From the NCBI RefSeq assembly GCF_009914755.1, contig NC_060933.1: DNA of 64,000 nucleotides; one strand, given 5' to 3'. The position numbers and the translations under genes are program-made. Positions 42,701 to 58,700 of the stretch are shown in pieces. Under the pieces are notes generated by a model. It was not told where the DNA came from. It made no database searches and saw only the letters and a program-made list of their open reading frames with translations. The first letter of the stretch is position 1. Each line of letters starts with the position of its first letter. This stretch comes from the human T2T-CHM13v2.0 reference genome, Homo sapiens.

Positions 42701-44699
42701 TGGAATCTTCAGGAATGGAATGGAATGGAATGGAATGAAATGCAATGGATTCAACTCGATTGCAATGGATTGGAATAGAATGGAATGGAATGGAATGGAA
42801 TGGAATGGAATTAACCCGAATAGAATGGAATGGAATGGAATGGAACGGTATGGAACCGAATGGAATGGAATGGAATGGTATGGAATGGAATGGAATGGTA
42901 CGGAATAGAATGGAATGGAACGAATTGTAATGCAATGGAATTGAATGGAATGGAATGGAATGGAATGGAATCAACGCAAGTGCAGGGGAATGTAATGGAA
43001 CGGAATGCAATGGAATGGAATCATCCGGAATGGAATGGAATGGAATGGAATGGAATGGAATGGAATGGAATGGAATGGAATCAACCCGAGTGCAATGGAA
43101 AGGAGTGGAATGGAATGGAATGGAATGGAACAACCCGAATGGAACGGAATGTAATGGAGAGTAAGGGAGTTGAATAGAATCAATCCGAATGTAATGGAAT
43201 GGAATGCAACGGAATGGAATGAAATGGAATGGAATGGAATGGAATGGAATGCAATGGAATGGAATCAACCCAAGTACAATGGAATGCAATGGAAAGGAAT
43301 GGAATGGAATGGAATGGAATGGAATGGAATGGAATGCCTTCAAAACGAATGGAATGGAAAGGAATGGAATTAACACGAGTGGAATGGAATGGAATGGAAT
43401 GGAATGGAATGATACGGAATAGAATGGAATGGAACGAAATGGAATGGAATGGAATGGAATGGAATGGAATCGTTACTAGTGGAATAGGAGGGAATGTATT
43501 CGAGTGGAATGGAAAGGAATGGAATCAACCAGAGTGGAATGGAAGGGAATGGAATGGAATGGAAACTAATAGAATGGAATCAACCCGAGTTGAATGGAAT
43601 GGAAAGGACTGGTATGGAATGGAATGGAATGGAATGGAATCAATTCGATTTTAATGGAATGGAATGGAATGGAATGGAATTAACCCGAATGCAATGGAAT
43701 GGAATGGAATGGAACGGAATGGAGTGGAATGGAATGGAATCAACCCGAGTGCAGGGGAATGGAATGGAATGGAATGCAATGGAATGCAATCATCCGGAAT
43801 GGAATGGAATGGAATGGAATGCAAAGCAATGGAATCAACTCGATTGCAATGGAATGGAATGGAATGGAAAGGAATACATTGGAATCAACCCGAGTGGAAT
43901 GGAATGGAAAGGGCTGGAATGGAGTGGAATGGAATGGAATGGAATGGAAAGGAATCAACTCGATTGGAATGGAATGGAATGGAATGGAATTAACCCGAAT
44001 ACAATGGAATGGAATGGAATGGAACGGAACGGAACGGAATGGAATGGAATGGAATGGAATGGAATGGAATGGAATGGAATCAACCCGACTGCAGGGGAAT
44101 GGAATGGAATTGAATGCAATGGAATGCATTCAACTTGAATGGAATGGAAAGAATGGAATCAACACGAGTGGAATGGCATGGATTGGAATGGAATGGAATG
44201 GAATGAACCCGAGTACAGGGGAATAGAATGGAATGGAATGCAATGGAATGGAATCATCCGCAATGGAATGGAAAGGAATGGAATGGAATGGAATGGAATG
44301 GAATGGAATGGAATGGAATGGAATCAACTCGATTGCAATCGAATGGAATGGAATGGAATTAACCCGAATAGAATGGAATGGAATGGAATGGAACGGAACG
44401 GAACGGAATGGAATGGAATGGAATGGAATGGAATGGAACAGAAAGGAATGGAATGGAATGGAATGGAATGGAATGGAATGGAATGGAATCAACGCGAGTG
44501 CAGGGGAATGGAATGGAATGGAATGCAATGGAATGGAATCTTCCGGAATGGAATGGAATGGAACGGAATGGAATGGAATGGAATGGAATGGAATAAACCC
44601 AAGTGCAATGGAATGGAGTGGAATGGAATGGAATGGAATGGAACAACCCGAATGGAATGGAATGTAATGTAGAGTAAGGGAGTTGAATAGAATCCATCC

Positions 44700-45900
44700 G
44701 AATGTAATGGAATGGAATGGAAAGGAATGGAATTCAATGGAATGGAATGGAATGCAACGGAATGGAATCAACCCTAGTGCAATGGAATGGAGAGGAATGG
44801 AATGGAATGGAATGGAAACTACCCGAATGGAATGGAATGTAATGGAGTGTAAGGGAATTGAATAGAATGAATCCGAATGTAATGGAATGGAATGGAACGG
44901 AATGGAATGGAATGGAATGGAATGGAATGGAATGCAATGGAATGGAATCAACCCGCGTGCAATCGAATGGAATCGAATGGAATGGAATGCAATGGAATGG
45001 ATTCAACTTGAATGGAATGGAAAGAATGGAATCAACACGAGTGGAAGGGCATGGATTGGAATGCAATGGAATGGAATCAACCCGAGAACAGGGGAATGGG
45101 ATGGAATGGAATGCAATGGAATGGAATCATCCGTAATGGAATGGAAAGGAATGGAATGGAATGGAATGGAATGGAATGGAATCAACACGATTGCAATCGA
45201 ATGGAATGGAATGCAATTAACCCGAATAGAATGGAATGGAATGGAATGGAACGGAACGGAATGGAATGGAATGGAATGGAATGGAATGCAATGGAATGGA
45301 ATCAACCCGAGTGCAATGGAATGGAGAGGAATGGAATGGAATGCAATGGAAACTACCCGAATGGAATGGAATGTAATGGAGTGTAAGGGAATTGAATAGA
45401 ATCAATCCGAATGTAATGGAATGGAATGGAACGGAATGGAATTGAATGGAATGGAATGGAATGCAATGGAATGGAATCAACCCTAGTGCAATGGAATGGA
45501 GAGGAATGGAATGGAATGGAATGGAAACTACCCGAATGGAATGGAATGTAATGGAGTGTAAGGGAATTGAATAGAATGAATCCGAATGTAATGGAATGGA
45601 ATGGAACGGAATGGAATGGAATGGAAGGGAATGGAATGGAATGCAATGGAATGGAATCAACCCGAGTGCAATCGAATGGAATCGAATGGAATGGAATGCA
45701 ATGGAATGGATTCAACTTGAATGGAATGGAAAGAATGGAATCAACACGAGTGGAAGGGCATGGATTGGAATGCAATGGAATGGAATCAACCCGAGAACAG
45801 GGGAATGGGATGGAATGGAATGCAATGGAATGGAATCATCCGTAATGGAATGGAAAGGAATGGAACGGAACGGAATGGAATGGAATGGAATGGAATAGAA
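44700..45900 (+). repeat. Duplication with 709 bp offset
   Basis: CCCTAG at 44772 and 45481, and CCCGAGAACAGGGGAATGGG at 45081 and 45790; both pairs are 709 bp apart. Confidence 0.88.
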
Positions 45901-48900
45901 CGGAACGGAATGGAATGGAATGGAATGGAATGGAACGTAACGGAATGGAATGGAATGGAATGGAATGGAATGGAATGGAATGTACTGGAATGGAATCAAC
46001 GCGAGTGCAGTGGAATGGAATGGAATGGAATGCAATGGAATGGAATCTTCCGGAATGGAATGGAATGGAATGAAATGCAATGGATTTAACTCGATTGCAA
46101 TGGAATGGAATAGAATGGAATGGAATGGAATGGAATTAACACGAATAGAATGGAATGGAATGGAATGGAACGGAACGGAATGGAATGGAATGGAATGGAA
46201 TGGAATTGAAAGGAATTAACCCGAATACAATGGAATGGAATGGAATGGAACGGAATGGAGTGGAATGCAATGGAATCAACCCGAGTGCAGGGGATTAGAA
46301 TGGAATGGAATGCAATGGAATGCAATCATCCGGAATGGAATGGAATGGAATGGAATGCAAAGCAATGGAATCAACTCGATTGCAATGGAATGGAATGGAA
46401 TGGAAAGGAATACATTGGAATCAACCTGACTGGAATGGAAGGGAAAGGACTGGAATGGAGTGGAATGGAATGGAATGGAATCAACTCGATTGGAATGGAA
46501 TGGAATGGAATGGAATGGAATGGAATTAACCCGAAGAGAATGGAATGGAATGGAATGGAACGGAACGGAATGGAATGGAATGGAATGGATTGGAATGGAA
46601 TCAACCCGACTGCAGGGGAATGGAATGGAATGGAATGCAATGGAATGGATTCAACTTGAATGGAATGGAAAGAATGGAATCAACACGAGTGGAATGGCAT
46701 GGATTAGAATGGAATGGAATGGAATCAACCCGAGTACAGGGGAATGGAATGGAATGGAATGCAATGGAATGGAATCATCCGTAATGGAATGGAAAGGAAT
46801 GGAATGGAATGGAATGGAATGGAATGGAATCAACTCGATTGCAATCGAATGGAATGGAATGGAATTAACCTGCATAGAATGGAATGGAATGGAACGGAAC
46901 GGAACGGAACGGAACGGAACGGAATGGAATGGAATGGAACGGAACGGAACGGAACGGAACGGAATGGAATGGAATGGAATGGAATAGAACGGAACGGAAT
47001 GGAATGGAATGGAATGGAATGGAACGTACCGGAATGGAATGGAATGGAATGGAATGGAATGGAATGGACTGGAATGGAATCAACGCGAGTGCAGTGGAAT
47101 GGAATGGAATGGAATGCAATGGAATGGAATCTTCCGGAATGGAATGGAATGGAATGCAAAGCAATGGAATCAACTCGATTGCAATGGAATGGAATGGAAT
47201 GGAAAGGAATACATTGGAATCAACCCGACTGGAATGGAATGGAAAGGACTGGAATGGAGTGGAATGGAATGGAATGGAATGGAATGGAATCAACTCGATT
47301 GGAATGGAATGGAATAGAATGGAATGGAGTTAACCCGAATAGAATGGAATGGAATGGAATGGAACGGAACGGAACGGAATGGAATGGATTGGAATGGAAT
47401 GGAATGGAATGGAATTTAAAGGAATGGAATGGAATGGAATGGAATGGAATGGAATGGAATGGAATGGAATGGAATGGTATGGAATGGAATGGAATGGTAC
47501 GGAATAGAATGGAATGGAACGAATTGTAATGGAATGGAATTGAATGGAATGGAATGGAATGGAATGGAATCAACGCGAGTGCAGGGGAATGTAATGGAAA
47601 GGAATGCAATGGAATGGAATCATCCGGAATGGAATGGAATGGAATGGAATGGAATGGAATGGAATGGAATGGAATCAACCCGACTGCAATGGAATGGAGT
47701 GGAATGGAATGGAATGGAATGGAACAACCCGAATGGAATGGAATGTAATGGAGAGTAAGGGAGTTGAATAGAATCAATCCGAATGTAATGGAATGGAATG
47801 CAACGGAATGGAATGGAATGGAATGGAATGGAATGCAATGGAATGGAATCAACCCGAGTACAATGGAATGGAATGGAATGGAATGGAATGGAATGGAATG
47901 GAATGAAATGGAATGATACGGAATAGAATGGAATGGAACGAAATGGAATGGAATGGAATGGAACGAAATGGAATGGAATGGAATGGAATGGAATGGAATG
48001 GAATGGAATGGAATGGAATGGAATGGAATGGAATCGTTCCGAGTGGAATACGAGGGAATGTATTCGAGTGGAATGGAAAGGAATGGAATCAACCAGAGTG
48101 GAATGGAAGGGAATGGAATGGAATGGAAATTAATAGAATGGAATCAACTCGAGTGGAATGGAATGGAAAGGACTGGAATGGAATGGAATGGAATGGAATC
48201 AACTCGATTGTAATGGAATGGAATGGAATGGAATGGAATGGAATGGAGTGGAATGGAATGGAATCAACCCGAGTGCAGGGGAATGGAATGGAATGGAATG
48301 CAATGGAATGGAATCATCCGGAATGGAATGGAATGGAATGGAATGCAAAGCAATGGAATCAACTCGATTGCAATGGAATGGAATGGAATGGAAAGGAATA
48401 CATTGGAATCAACCCGACTGGAATGGAATGGAAAGGACTGGAATGGAGTGGAATGGAATGGAATGGAATGGAATGGAATCAACTCGATTGGAATGGAATG
48501 GAATGGAATGGAATGGAATTAACCCGAATAGAATGGAATGGAATGGAATGGAACGGAACGGAATGGAATGGAATGGAATGGAATGGAATGGAATGGAATG
48601 GAATCAACCCGACTGCAGGGGAATGGAATGGAATGGAATGCAATGGAATGGATTCAACTTGAATGGAATGGAAAGAATGGAATCAACACGAGTGGAATGG
48701 CATGGATTGGAATGGCATTGAATGGAATCAACCCGAGTACAGGGGAATGGAATGGAATGGAATGCAATGGAATGGAGTCATCCGTAATGGAATGGAAAGG
48801 AATGGAATGGAATGGAATGGAATGGAATGGAATGGAATGGAATGGAATGGAATGGAATCAACTCGATTGCAATCGAATGGAATGCAATGGAATTAACCCG

Positions 48901-49499
48901 AATAGAATGGAATGGAATGGAATGGAACGGAACGGAACGGAATGGAATGGATTGGAATGGAATGGAATGGAATGGAACGGAAAGGAATGGAATGGAATGG
49001 AATGGAATGGAATGGAATGGAATGGAATGGAATCAACGCGAGTGCAGGGGAATGGAATGGAATGGAATGCAATGGAATCGAATCTTCCGGAATGGAATGG
49101 AATGGAATGGAATGGAATGGAATGGAATAAACCCGAGTGCAATGGAATGGAGTGGAATGGAATGGAATGGAATGGAACAACCCGAATGGAATGGAATGTA
49201 ATGGAGAGTAAGGGAGTTGATTAGAATCAATCCGAATGTAATGGAATGGAATGGAAAGGAATGGAATTGAATGGAATGGAATGGAATGCAATGGAATGGA
49301 ATCAACCCGAGTACAATGGAATGGAATGGAATGGAATGGAATGGAATGGAATGGAATGGAATGGAATGGAATGGAATGAAATGGAATGATACGGAATAGA
49401 ATGGAATGGAACGAAATGGAATGGAATGGAATGGAATGGAATGGAATGGAATGAATTCAACTTGAATGGAATGGAAAGAATGGAATCAACACGAGTGGA

Positions 49500-52400
49500 A
49501 TGGCATGGATTGGAATGGAATGGAATCAACGCGAGTGCAGGGGAATGGAATGGAATGGAATGCAATGGAATGGAATCTTCCGGAATGCAATGGAATGGAA
49601 TGGAATGGAATGGAATGGAATGGAATAAACTCGATTGCAATCGAATGGAATGGAATGGAATTAACCCGAATAGAATGGAATGGAATGGAATGGAACGGAA
49701 CGGAATGGAACGGAATGGAATGGAATGGAATGGATTGGAATGGAACGGAAAGGAATGGAATGGAACGGAATGGAATGGAATGGAATGGAATCAACGCGAG
49801 TGCAGGGGAATGGAATGTAATGGAATGCAATGGAATGGAATCTTCCGGAATGGAATGGAATGGAATGGAATGGAATCAACCCGAGTGCAATGGAATGGAG
49901 TGGAATGGAATGGAATGGAATGGAACAACCCGAATGGAATGGAATGTAATGGAGAGTAAGGGAGTTGAATAGAATCATTCCGAATGTAATGGAATGGAAT
50001 GGAACGGAATGGAATTGAATGGAATGGAATGGAATGCAGTGGAATGGAATCAACCCGAGTGCAATGGAATGGAGAGGAATGGAATGGAATCGAATGGAAA
50101 CTACCCGAATGGAATGGAATGTAATGGAGTGTAAGGGAATTGAATAGAATCAATCCGAATGGAATGGAATGGAATGGAATGGAATGGAATCAACCAGAGT
50201 GCAATCGAATGGAATCGAATGGAAAGCAATGCAATGGAATGGATTAAAGTTGAATGGAATGGAAAGAATGGAATCAACACGAGTGGAATGGCATGGATTG
50301 GAATGGAATGGAATGGAATCAACCCGAGTACAGGGGAATGGAATGGAATGGAATGCAATGGAATGGAATCATCCGTAATGGAATGGAAAGGAATGGAATG
50401 GAATGGAATGGAATGGAATGGAATGGAATGGAATGGAATCAACTCGATTGCAATCGAATGGAATGGAATGGAATTAACCCAAATAGAATGGAATGGAATG
50501 GAATGGAACGGAACGGAATGGAATGGAATGGAATGGAATGGAATGGAACGGAACGGAACGGAACGGAATGGAATGGAATGGAATGGAATGGAATGGAATG
50601 GAATCAACGCGTGTGCAGGGGAATGGAACGGAATGGAATGCAATGGAATGGAATCTTCCGGAATGGAATGGAATGGAATGGTATGAAATGCAATGGATTC
50701 AACTCGATTGCAATGGAATGGAATAGAATGGAATGGAATAGAATGGAATGGAATTAACCCGAATAGAATGGAATGGAATGGAATTGAATGGAATGGAACG
50801 GAATGGAATGGAATGGAATGGAATGGAATGGAATGGAATGGTATGGAATGGAATGGAATGGTACGGAATAGAATGGAATGCAACGAATTGTAATGGAATG
50901 GAATTGAATGGAATGGAATGGAATGGAATGGAATCAACGCGAGTGCAAGGGAATGTAATGGAACGGAATGCAATGGAATGGAATCATCCGGAATGGAATG
51001 GAATGGAATGGAATGGAATCAACCCGAGTGCAATGGAATGGAGTGGAATGGAATGGAATGGAATGGAACAACCCGAATGGAATGGAATGTAATGGAGAGT
51101 AAGGGAGTTGAATAGAATCAATCCGAAAGTAATGGAACGGAATGCAACGGAATGGAATGGAATGGAATGGAATGGAATGGAATGGAATGGAATGGAATGC
51201 AATGGAATGGAATCAACCCGAGTTGAATGGAATGGAATGGAATGGAATGGAATGGAATGGAATGGAATGGAATGGAGTGGAATTGAATGGAATGGAATGC
51301 TTTCAAACCGAATGGAATGGAAAGGAATGGAATCAACACGAGTGGAATGGAATGGAATGGAAAGGAATGGAATGGAATGGAAAGGTACGGAATAGAATGG
51401 AATGGAACGAAATGGAATGGAATGGAATGGAATGGAATGGAATGGAATAGAATCGTTCCGAGTGGAATAGGAGGGAATGTATTCGAGTGGAATGGAAAGG
51501 AATGGAATCAACCAGAGTGGAATGGAAGGGAATGGAATGGAATGGAAACTAATAGAATGGAATCAACCCGAGTGGAATGGAATGGAAAGGACTGGAATGG
51601 AATGGAATGGAATGGAATGGAATGGAATCAACTCGATTGTAATGGATTGGAATGGAATGGAATGGAATGGAATGGAATGGAATGGAATCAACTCGATTGT
51701 AATGGATTGGAATGGAATGGAATGGAATGGAATGGAATGGAATGGAATTAACCCGAATACAACGGAATGGAATGGAATGGAAGGGAATGGAGTGGAATGG
51801 AATGGAATCAACCCGAGTGCAGGGGAATGGAATGGAATGGAATGCAATGGAATGGAATCATCAGTAATGGAATGGAAAGGAATGGAATGGAATGGAATGG
51901 AATGGAATGGAATGGAATGGAATCTACTCGATTGCAATGGAATGGAATGGAATGGAATTAACCCGAATAGAATGGAATGGAATGGAATGGAATGGAACGG
52001 AATGGAATGGAACGGAATGGAATGGAACGGAACGGAACGGAACGGAATGGAATGGAATGGAATGGAATGGAATGGAATCAACGCGAGTGCAGGGGAATGG
52101 AATGGAATGGAATGCAATGGAACGGAATCTTCCGGAATGCAATGGAATGGAATGGAAGGGAATGGAATGGAATGGAATGGAATCAACTCGATTGCAATCG
52201 AATGGAATGGAATGGAATTAACCCGAATAGAATGGAATGGAATGGAATGGAACGGAACGGAACGGAACGGAATGGAATGGAATGGAATGGAACGGAAAGG
52301 AAAGGAATGGAACGGAATGGAATGGAATGGAATGGAATGGAATCAACGCGAGTGCAGGGGAATGGAATGTAATGGAATGCAATGGAATGGAATCTTCCGG

Positions 52401-52700
52401 AATGGAATGGAATGGAATGGAATGGAATCAACCCGAGTGCAATGGAATGGAGTGGAATGGAATGGAATGGAATGGAACAACCCGAATGGAATGGAATGTA
52501 ATGGAGAGTAAGGGAGTTGAATAGAATCATTCCGAATGTAATGGAATGGAATGGAACGGAAAGGAATTGAATGGAATGGAATGGAATGCAATGGAATGGA
52601 ATCAACCCGAGTGCAATGGAATGGAGAGGAATGGAATGGAATCGAATGGAAACTACCCGAATGGAATGGAATATAATGGAGTGTAAGGGAATTGAATAGA
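49500..52700 (+). repeat. Duplicated ~0.7 kb segment (~49500-50200 and ~52080-52700), offset ~2552 bp
   Basis: CTTCCGGAATGCAAT (49577/52129), TCATTCCG inside module P (49975/52527) and ATCGAATGGAAACTACCC (50089/52641). Confidence 0.85.
51601..51720 (+). repeat. Exact 60 bp tandem duplication
   Basis: 51601-51660 and 51661-51720 are identical, including the rare CAACTCGATTGTAATGGATTGG. Confidence 0.95.
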
Positions 52701-55700
52701 ATCAATCCGAATGTAATGGAATGGAATGGAACGGAATGGAATGGAATGGAATGGAATGGAATGGAATGGAATGGAATCAACCCGAGTGCAATCGAATGGA
52801 ATCGAATGGAATGCAATGCAATGAAATGGATTCAACTTGAATGGAATGGAAAGAATGGAATCAACACGAGTGGAATGGCATGGATTGGAATGCAATGGAA
52901 TGGAATCAACCCGAGTACAGGGGAATGCAATGGAATGGAATGCAATGGAATGGAATCATCCGTAATGGAATGGAAAGGAATGGAATGGAATGGAATGGAA
53001 TGGAATGGAATGGAATCAACTCGATTGCAATCGAATGGAATGGAATGGAATTAACCCAAATAGAATGGAATGGAATGGAATAGAACGGAACGGAATGGAA
53101 TGGAATGGAATGGAATGGAATGGAACGGAACGGAACGGAACGGAACGGAATGGAATGGAATGGAAAGGAATCAACGTGAGTGCAGGGGAATGGAATGGAA
53201 CGGAATGCAATGGAATGGAATCATCCGGAATGGAATGGTATGGAATGGAATGGAATCAACTCGATTGCAATCGAATGGAATGGAATGGAATTAACCCGAA
53301 TAGAATGGAATGGAATGGAACGGAACGGAACGGAACGGAATGGAATGGAATGGAATGGAATGGAATGGAATGGAATGGAATGGTATGGAATGGAATGGAA
53401 TGGTACGGAATAGAATGGAATGGAACGAATTGTAATGGAATGGAATTGAATGGAATGGAATGGAATGGAATGGAAGGGAATCAACGTGAGTGCAGGGGAA
53501 TGTAATGGAACGGAATGCAATGGAATGGAATCATCTGGAATGGAATGGTATGGAATGGAATGGAATGGAATGGAATGGAATCAACCCGAGTGCAATGGAA
53601 TGGAGTGGAATGGAATGGAATGGAATGGAACAACCCGAATGGAATGGAATGTAATGGAGAGTAAGGGAGTTGAATAGAATCAATCCGAATGTAATGGAAT
53701 GGAATGCAACGGAATGGAATGGAATGGAATGGAATGGAATGCAATGAAATGCAATCAACCCGAGTACAATGGAAAGGAATGGAATGGAATGGAATGGAAT
53801 GGAATGGAATGGAATGGAATGGAATGATACGGAATAGAATGGAATGGAAAGAAATGGAATGGAATGGAATGGAATGGAATGGAATGGAATGGAATGGAAT
53901 CGTTCCGAGTGGAATAGGAGGGAATGTATTCGAGTGGAATGGAAAGGAATGGAATCAACAAGAGTGGAATGGAAGGGAATGGAATGGAATGGAAACGAAT
54001 AGAATGGAATCAACCCGAGTGGAATGGAATGGAAAGGACTGCAATGGAATGGAATGGAATGGATTCAACTCGATTGTAATGGAATGGAATGGAATGGAAA
54101 GGAATGGAATGGAATGGAATTAACCCGAATACAATGGAAGGGAATGGAATGGAATGGAAACTAATAGAATGGAATCAACCCGAGTGGAATGGAATGGAAA
54201 GGACTGGAATGGAATGGAATGGAATGGAATCAACTCGATTGTAATGGAATGGAATGGAATGGAATGGAATGGAATGGAATGGCATGGAATGGAATCAACT
54301 CGATCGCAATCGAATGGAATGGAATGGAATTAACCCGAATAGAATGGAATGGAATGGAATGGAATGGAACGGAACGGAACGGAACGGAACGGAATGGAAT
54401 GGAATGGAATGGAACGGAAAGGAATGGAATGGAATGGAATGGAATGGAATGGAATGGAATCAACGCGAGTGCAGGGGAATGGAATGTAATGGAATGTAAT
54501 GGAATGGAATCTTCCGGAATGGAATGGAATGGAATGGAATCAACCCGAGTGCAATGGAATGGAGTGGAATGGAATGGAACGGAATGGAACAACCCGAATG
54601 GAATGGAATGTAATGGAGAGTAAGGGAGTTGAATAGAATCAATCCGAATGTAATGGAATGGAATGGAACGGAATGGAATTGAATGGAATGGAATGGAATG
54701 CAATGGAATGGAATCAACACGAGTGCAATGGAATGGAGAGGAATGGAATGGAATGGAGTGGAAACTACCCGAATGGAATGGAATGTAATGGAGTGTAAGG
54801 GAATTGAATAGAATCAATCCGAATGTAATGGAATGGAATGGAACGGAATGGAATGGAATGGAATGGAATGGAATGGAATGGAATGCAATGGAATGGAATC
54901 AACCCGAGTGCAATCGAATGGAATCGAATGGAATGGAATGCAATGGAATGGATTCAACTTGAATGGAATGGAAAGAAGGGAATCAACACGAGTGGAATGG
55001 CATGGATTGGAATGGAATGGAATGGAATCAAACCGAGTACAGGGGAATGGAATGGAATGGAATGCAATAGAATGGAATCATCCGTAATGGAATGGAAAGG
55101 AATGGAATGGAATGGAATGGAATGGAATGGAATGGAATGGAATGGAATCAACTCGATTGCAATCGAATGGAATGGAATGGAATGGAATCAAATCGATTGC
55201 AATCTAATGGAATGGAATGGAATTAACCCGAATAGAATGGAATGGAATGGAATGGAACGGAACGGAATGGAATGGAATGGAATGGAATGGAACGGAAAGG
55301 AATGGAAAGGAATGGAATTTAATGGAATGGAATCAACGCGAGTGCAGGGGAATGCAATGGAATCGAATGGAATGGAAAGGAATGGAATGGAATCAACCCG
55401 AGTGCAGGGGAATGTAATGGAACGGAATGCAATGGAATGGAATCATCCGGAATGTAATGGAATGGAATCAACCCGAGTGCAATGGAATGGAGTGGAATGG
55501 AATGGAATGGAATGGAACAACCCGAATGGAATGGAATGTAATGGAGAGTAAGGGAGTTGAAAAGAATCAATCCGAATGTAATGGAATGGAATGGAACGGA
55601 ATGGAATGGAATGGAATGGAATGCAATGGAATGGAATCAACCCGAGTACAATGGAATGGAATGGAATGGAATGGAATGGAATGGAATGGAATGCAATGGA

Positions 55701-58700
55701 ATGGAATCTTCCGGAATGGAATGGAATGGAATGGAATGGAATGGAATGGAATGGAATGGAATGCAATGGATTCAACTCGATTGCAATGGAATGGAATAGA
55801 ATGGAATGGAATGGAATGGAATGGAATTAAACCGAATAGAATCGAATGGAATGGAATGGAACGGAACAGAACGGAACGGAACGGAACGGAGTGGAATGGA
55901 ATGGAATGGAATTGTATGGAATGGAATGGAATGGTACGGAATAGAATGGAATGGAAAGAATTGGAATGGAATGGAATCGAATGGAATGGAATGGAATGTA
56001 ATGGAATGAACCCGAGTGCAGGGGAATGTAATTGAACGGAATGCAATGGAATGGAATCATCCGGAATGGAATGGAATGGAATGGAATGGAATGGAATGGA
56101 ATGGAATCAACCCGAGCGCAATGGAATGGAGTGGAATGGAATGGAATGGAATGGAACAACCCGAATGGAATGGAATGGAATGGAGAGTAAAGGAGTTGAA
56201 TAGAATCAATCCGAATGTAATGGAATGGAACGGAATGGAATGGAATGGAATGGAATGGAATGGAATGGAATGGAATGGAATGGAATGGAATGCAATGGAA
56301 TGGAATCAACCCGAGTACAATGGAACGGAATGTAATGTAATGTAATGTAATGGAATGGAATGGAATGGAATGGAATGGAATGGAATGGAATCAACCCGAG
56401 TGCAATGGAATGGAGAGGAATGGAATGGAATGGAATGCAATGGAATGGAATCATCCGGAATGGAATGGAATGGAATGGAATGCAAAGCAATGGAATCAAC
56501 TCGATTGCAATGGAATGGAATGGAATGGAAAGGAATACATTGGAATCAACCCGAGTGGAATGGAATGGAAAGGACTGGAATGGAGTGGAATGGAATGGAA
56601 TGGAATGGAATGGAAACAACTCGATTGGAATGGAATGGAATGGAATGGAATGGAATGGAATGGAATGGAATTAACCCGAAGAGAATGGAATGGAATGGAA
56701 TGGAACGGAACGGAATGGAATGGAATGGAATGGAATGGAAGGGAATGGAATGGAATGGAAACAACCCGACTGCAGGGGAATGGAATGGAATGGAATGGAA
56801 TGGAATGATACGGAATAGAATGGAATGGAACGAAATGGAATGGAATGGAATGGAATGGAATGGATTGGAATGGAATGGAATCGTTCCGAGTGGAATAGGA
56901 GGGAATGTATTCGAGTGGAATGGAAAGGAATGGAATCAACCAGAGTGGAATGGAAGGGAATGGAATGGAATGGAAACTAATAGAATGGAATCAACCCGAG
57001 TGGAATGGAATGGAAAGGACTGGAATGGAATGGAATGGAATGGAATCAACTCGATTGTAATGGAATGGAATGCAATGGAATGGAATGGAATGGAATGGAA
57101 TTAACCCGAATACAATGCAATGCAATGGAATGGAACGGAATGGAGTGGAATGGAATGGAATCAACCCGAATGCAGGGGAATGGAATGGAATGGAATGCAA
57201 TGGAATGGATTCAACTTGAATGGAATGGAAAGAATGGAATCAACACGAGTGGAATGGCATGGATTGGAATGGAATGGAATGGAATCAACCCGAGTACAGG
57301 GGAATGGAATGGAATGGAATGCAATGGAATGGAATCATCCGTAATGGAATGGAAAGGAATGGAATGGAATGGAATGGAATGGAATGGAATGGAATCAACT
57401 CGTTTGCAATCGAATGGAATGGAATGGAATGGAATGGAATGGAATGGAATGGTATGGAATAGAATGGAATGGAAAGAAATGGAATGGAATGGAATGGAAT
57501 GGAATGCAATGGAATGGAATGGAATCGTTCCGAGTGGAATAGGAGGGAATGTATTCCAGTGGAATGGAAAGGAATGGAATCAACCAGAGTGGAATGGAAG
57601 GGAATGGAATGGAATGGAATCTAATAGAATGGAATCAACCCGAGTGGAATGGAATGGAAAAGACTGGAATGGAATGGAATGGAATGGAATCAACTCGATT
57701 GTAATGGAATGGAATGGAATGGAATGAAATGGAATGGAGTTAACCTGAATACAATGGAATGGAATGGAATGGAATGGAACGGAATGGAGTGGAATGGAAT
57801 GGAATCCACCCGAGTGCAGGGGAATGGAATGGAATGGAATGCAATGGAATGGAATCATCCGGAATGGAATGGAATGGAATGGAATGCAAAGCAATGAAAT
57901 CAACTTGATTGCAATGGAATGGAATAGAATGGAAAGGAATACATTGGAATCAACCCGAGTGGAATGGAATGGAAAGGACTGGAATGGAGTGGAATGGAAT
58001 GGAATGGAATGGAATGGAATCAACTCGATTGGAATGGAATGGAATGGAATGGAATGGAATGGAATGGAATGCAATGGAATGGAATCAACCCGAGTGCAAT
58101 CGAATGGAATCGAATGGAAGGGAATGCAATGGATGGATTCAACTTGAATGGAATGGAAAGAATGGAATCAACACGAGTGGCATGGCATGGATTGGAATGG
58201 AATGGAATGGAATCAACCCGAGTACAGGGGAATGGAATGGAATGGAATGGAATGGAATGGAATGGAATGGAATGGAATGGAATGGAATGGAATGTAATGG
58301 AATCAACTCGATTGCAATCGAATGGAATGGAATGGAATTAACCCGAATAGAATGGAATGGAATGGAATGGAACGGAACGGAACGGAATGGAATGGAATGG
58401 AATGGAATGGAATGGAACGGAACGGAATGGAATGGAATGGAATGGAATGGAATGGAATCAACGCGAGTGCAGGGGAATGTAATGGAATGGAATGCAATGG
58501 AATGGAATCTTCCGGAATGGAATGGAATGGAATGGAATGGAATGAAATGCAATGGATTCAACTCGATTGCAATGGAAGGGCATAGAATGGAATGGAATGG
58601 AATGGAATGGAATTAATTCGAATAGAATGGAATGGAATGGAATGGAACGGAATGGAACGGAATGGAATGGAATGGAATGGAATGGAATGGTATGGAATGA

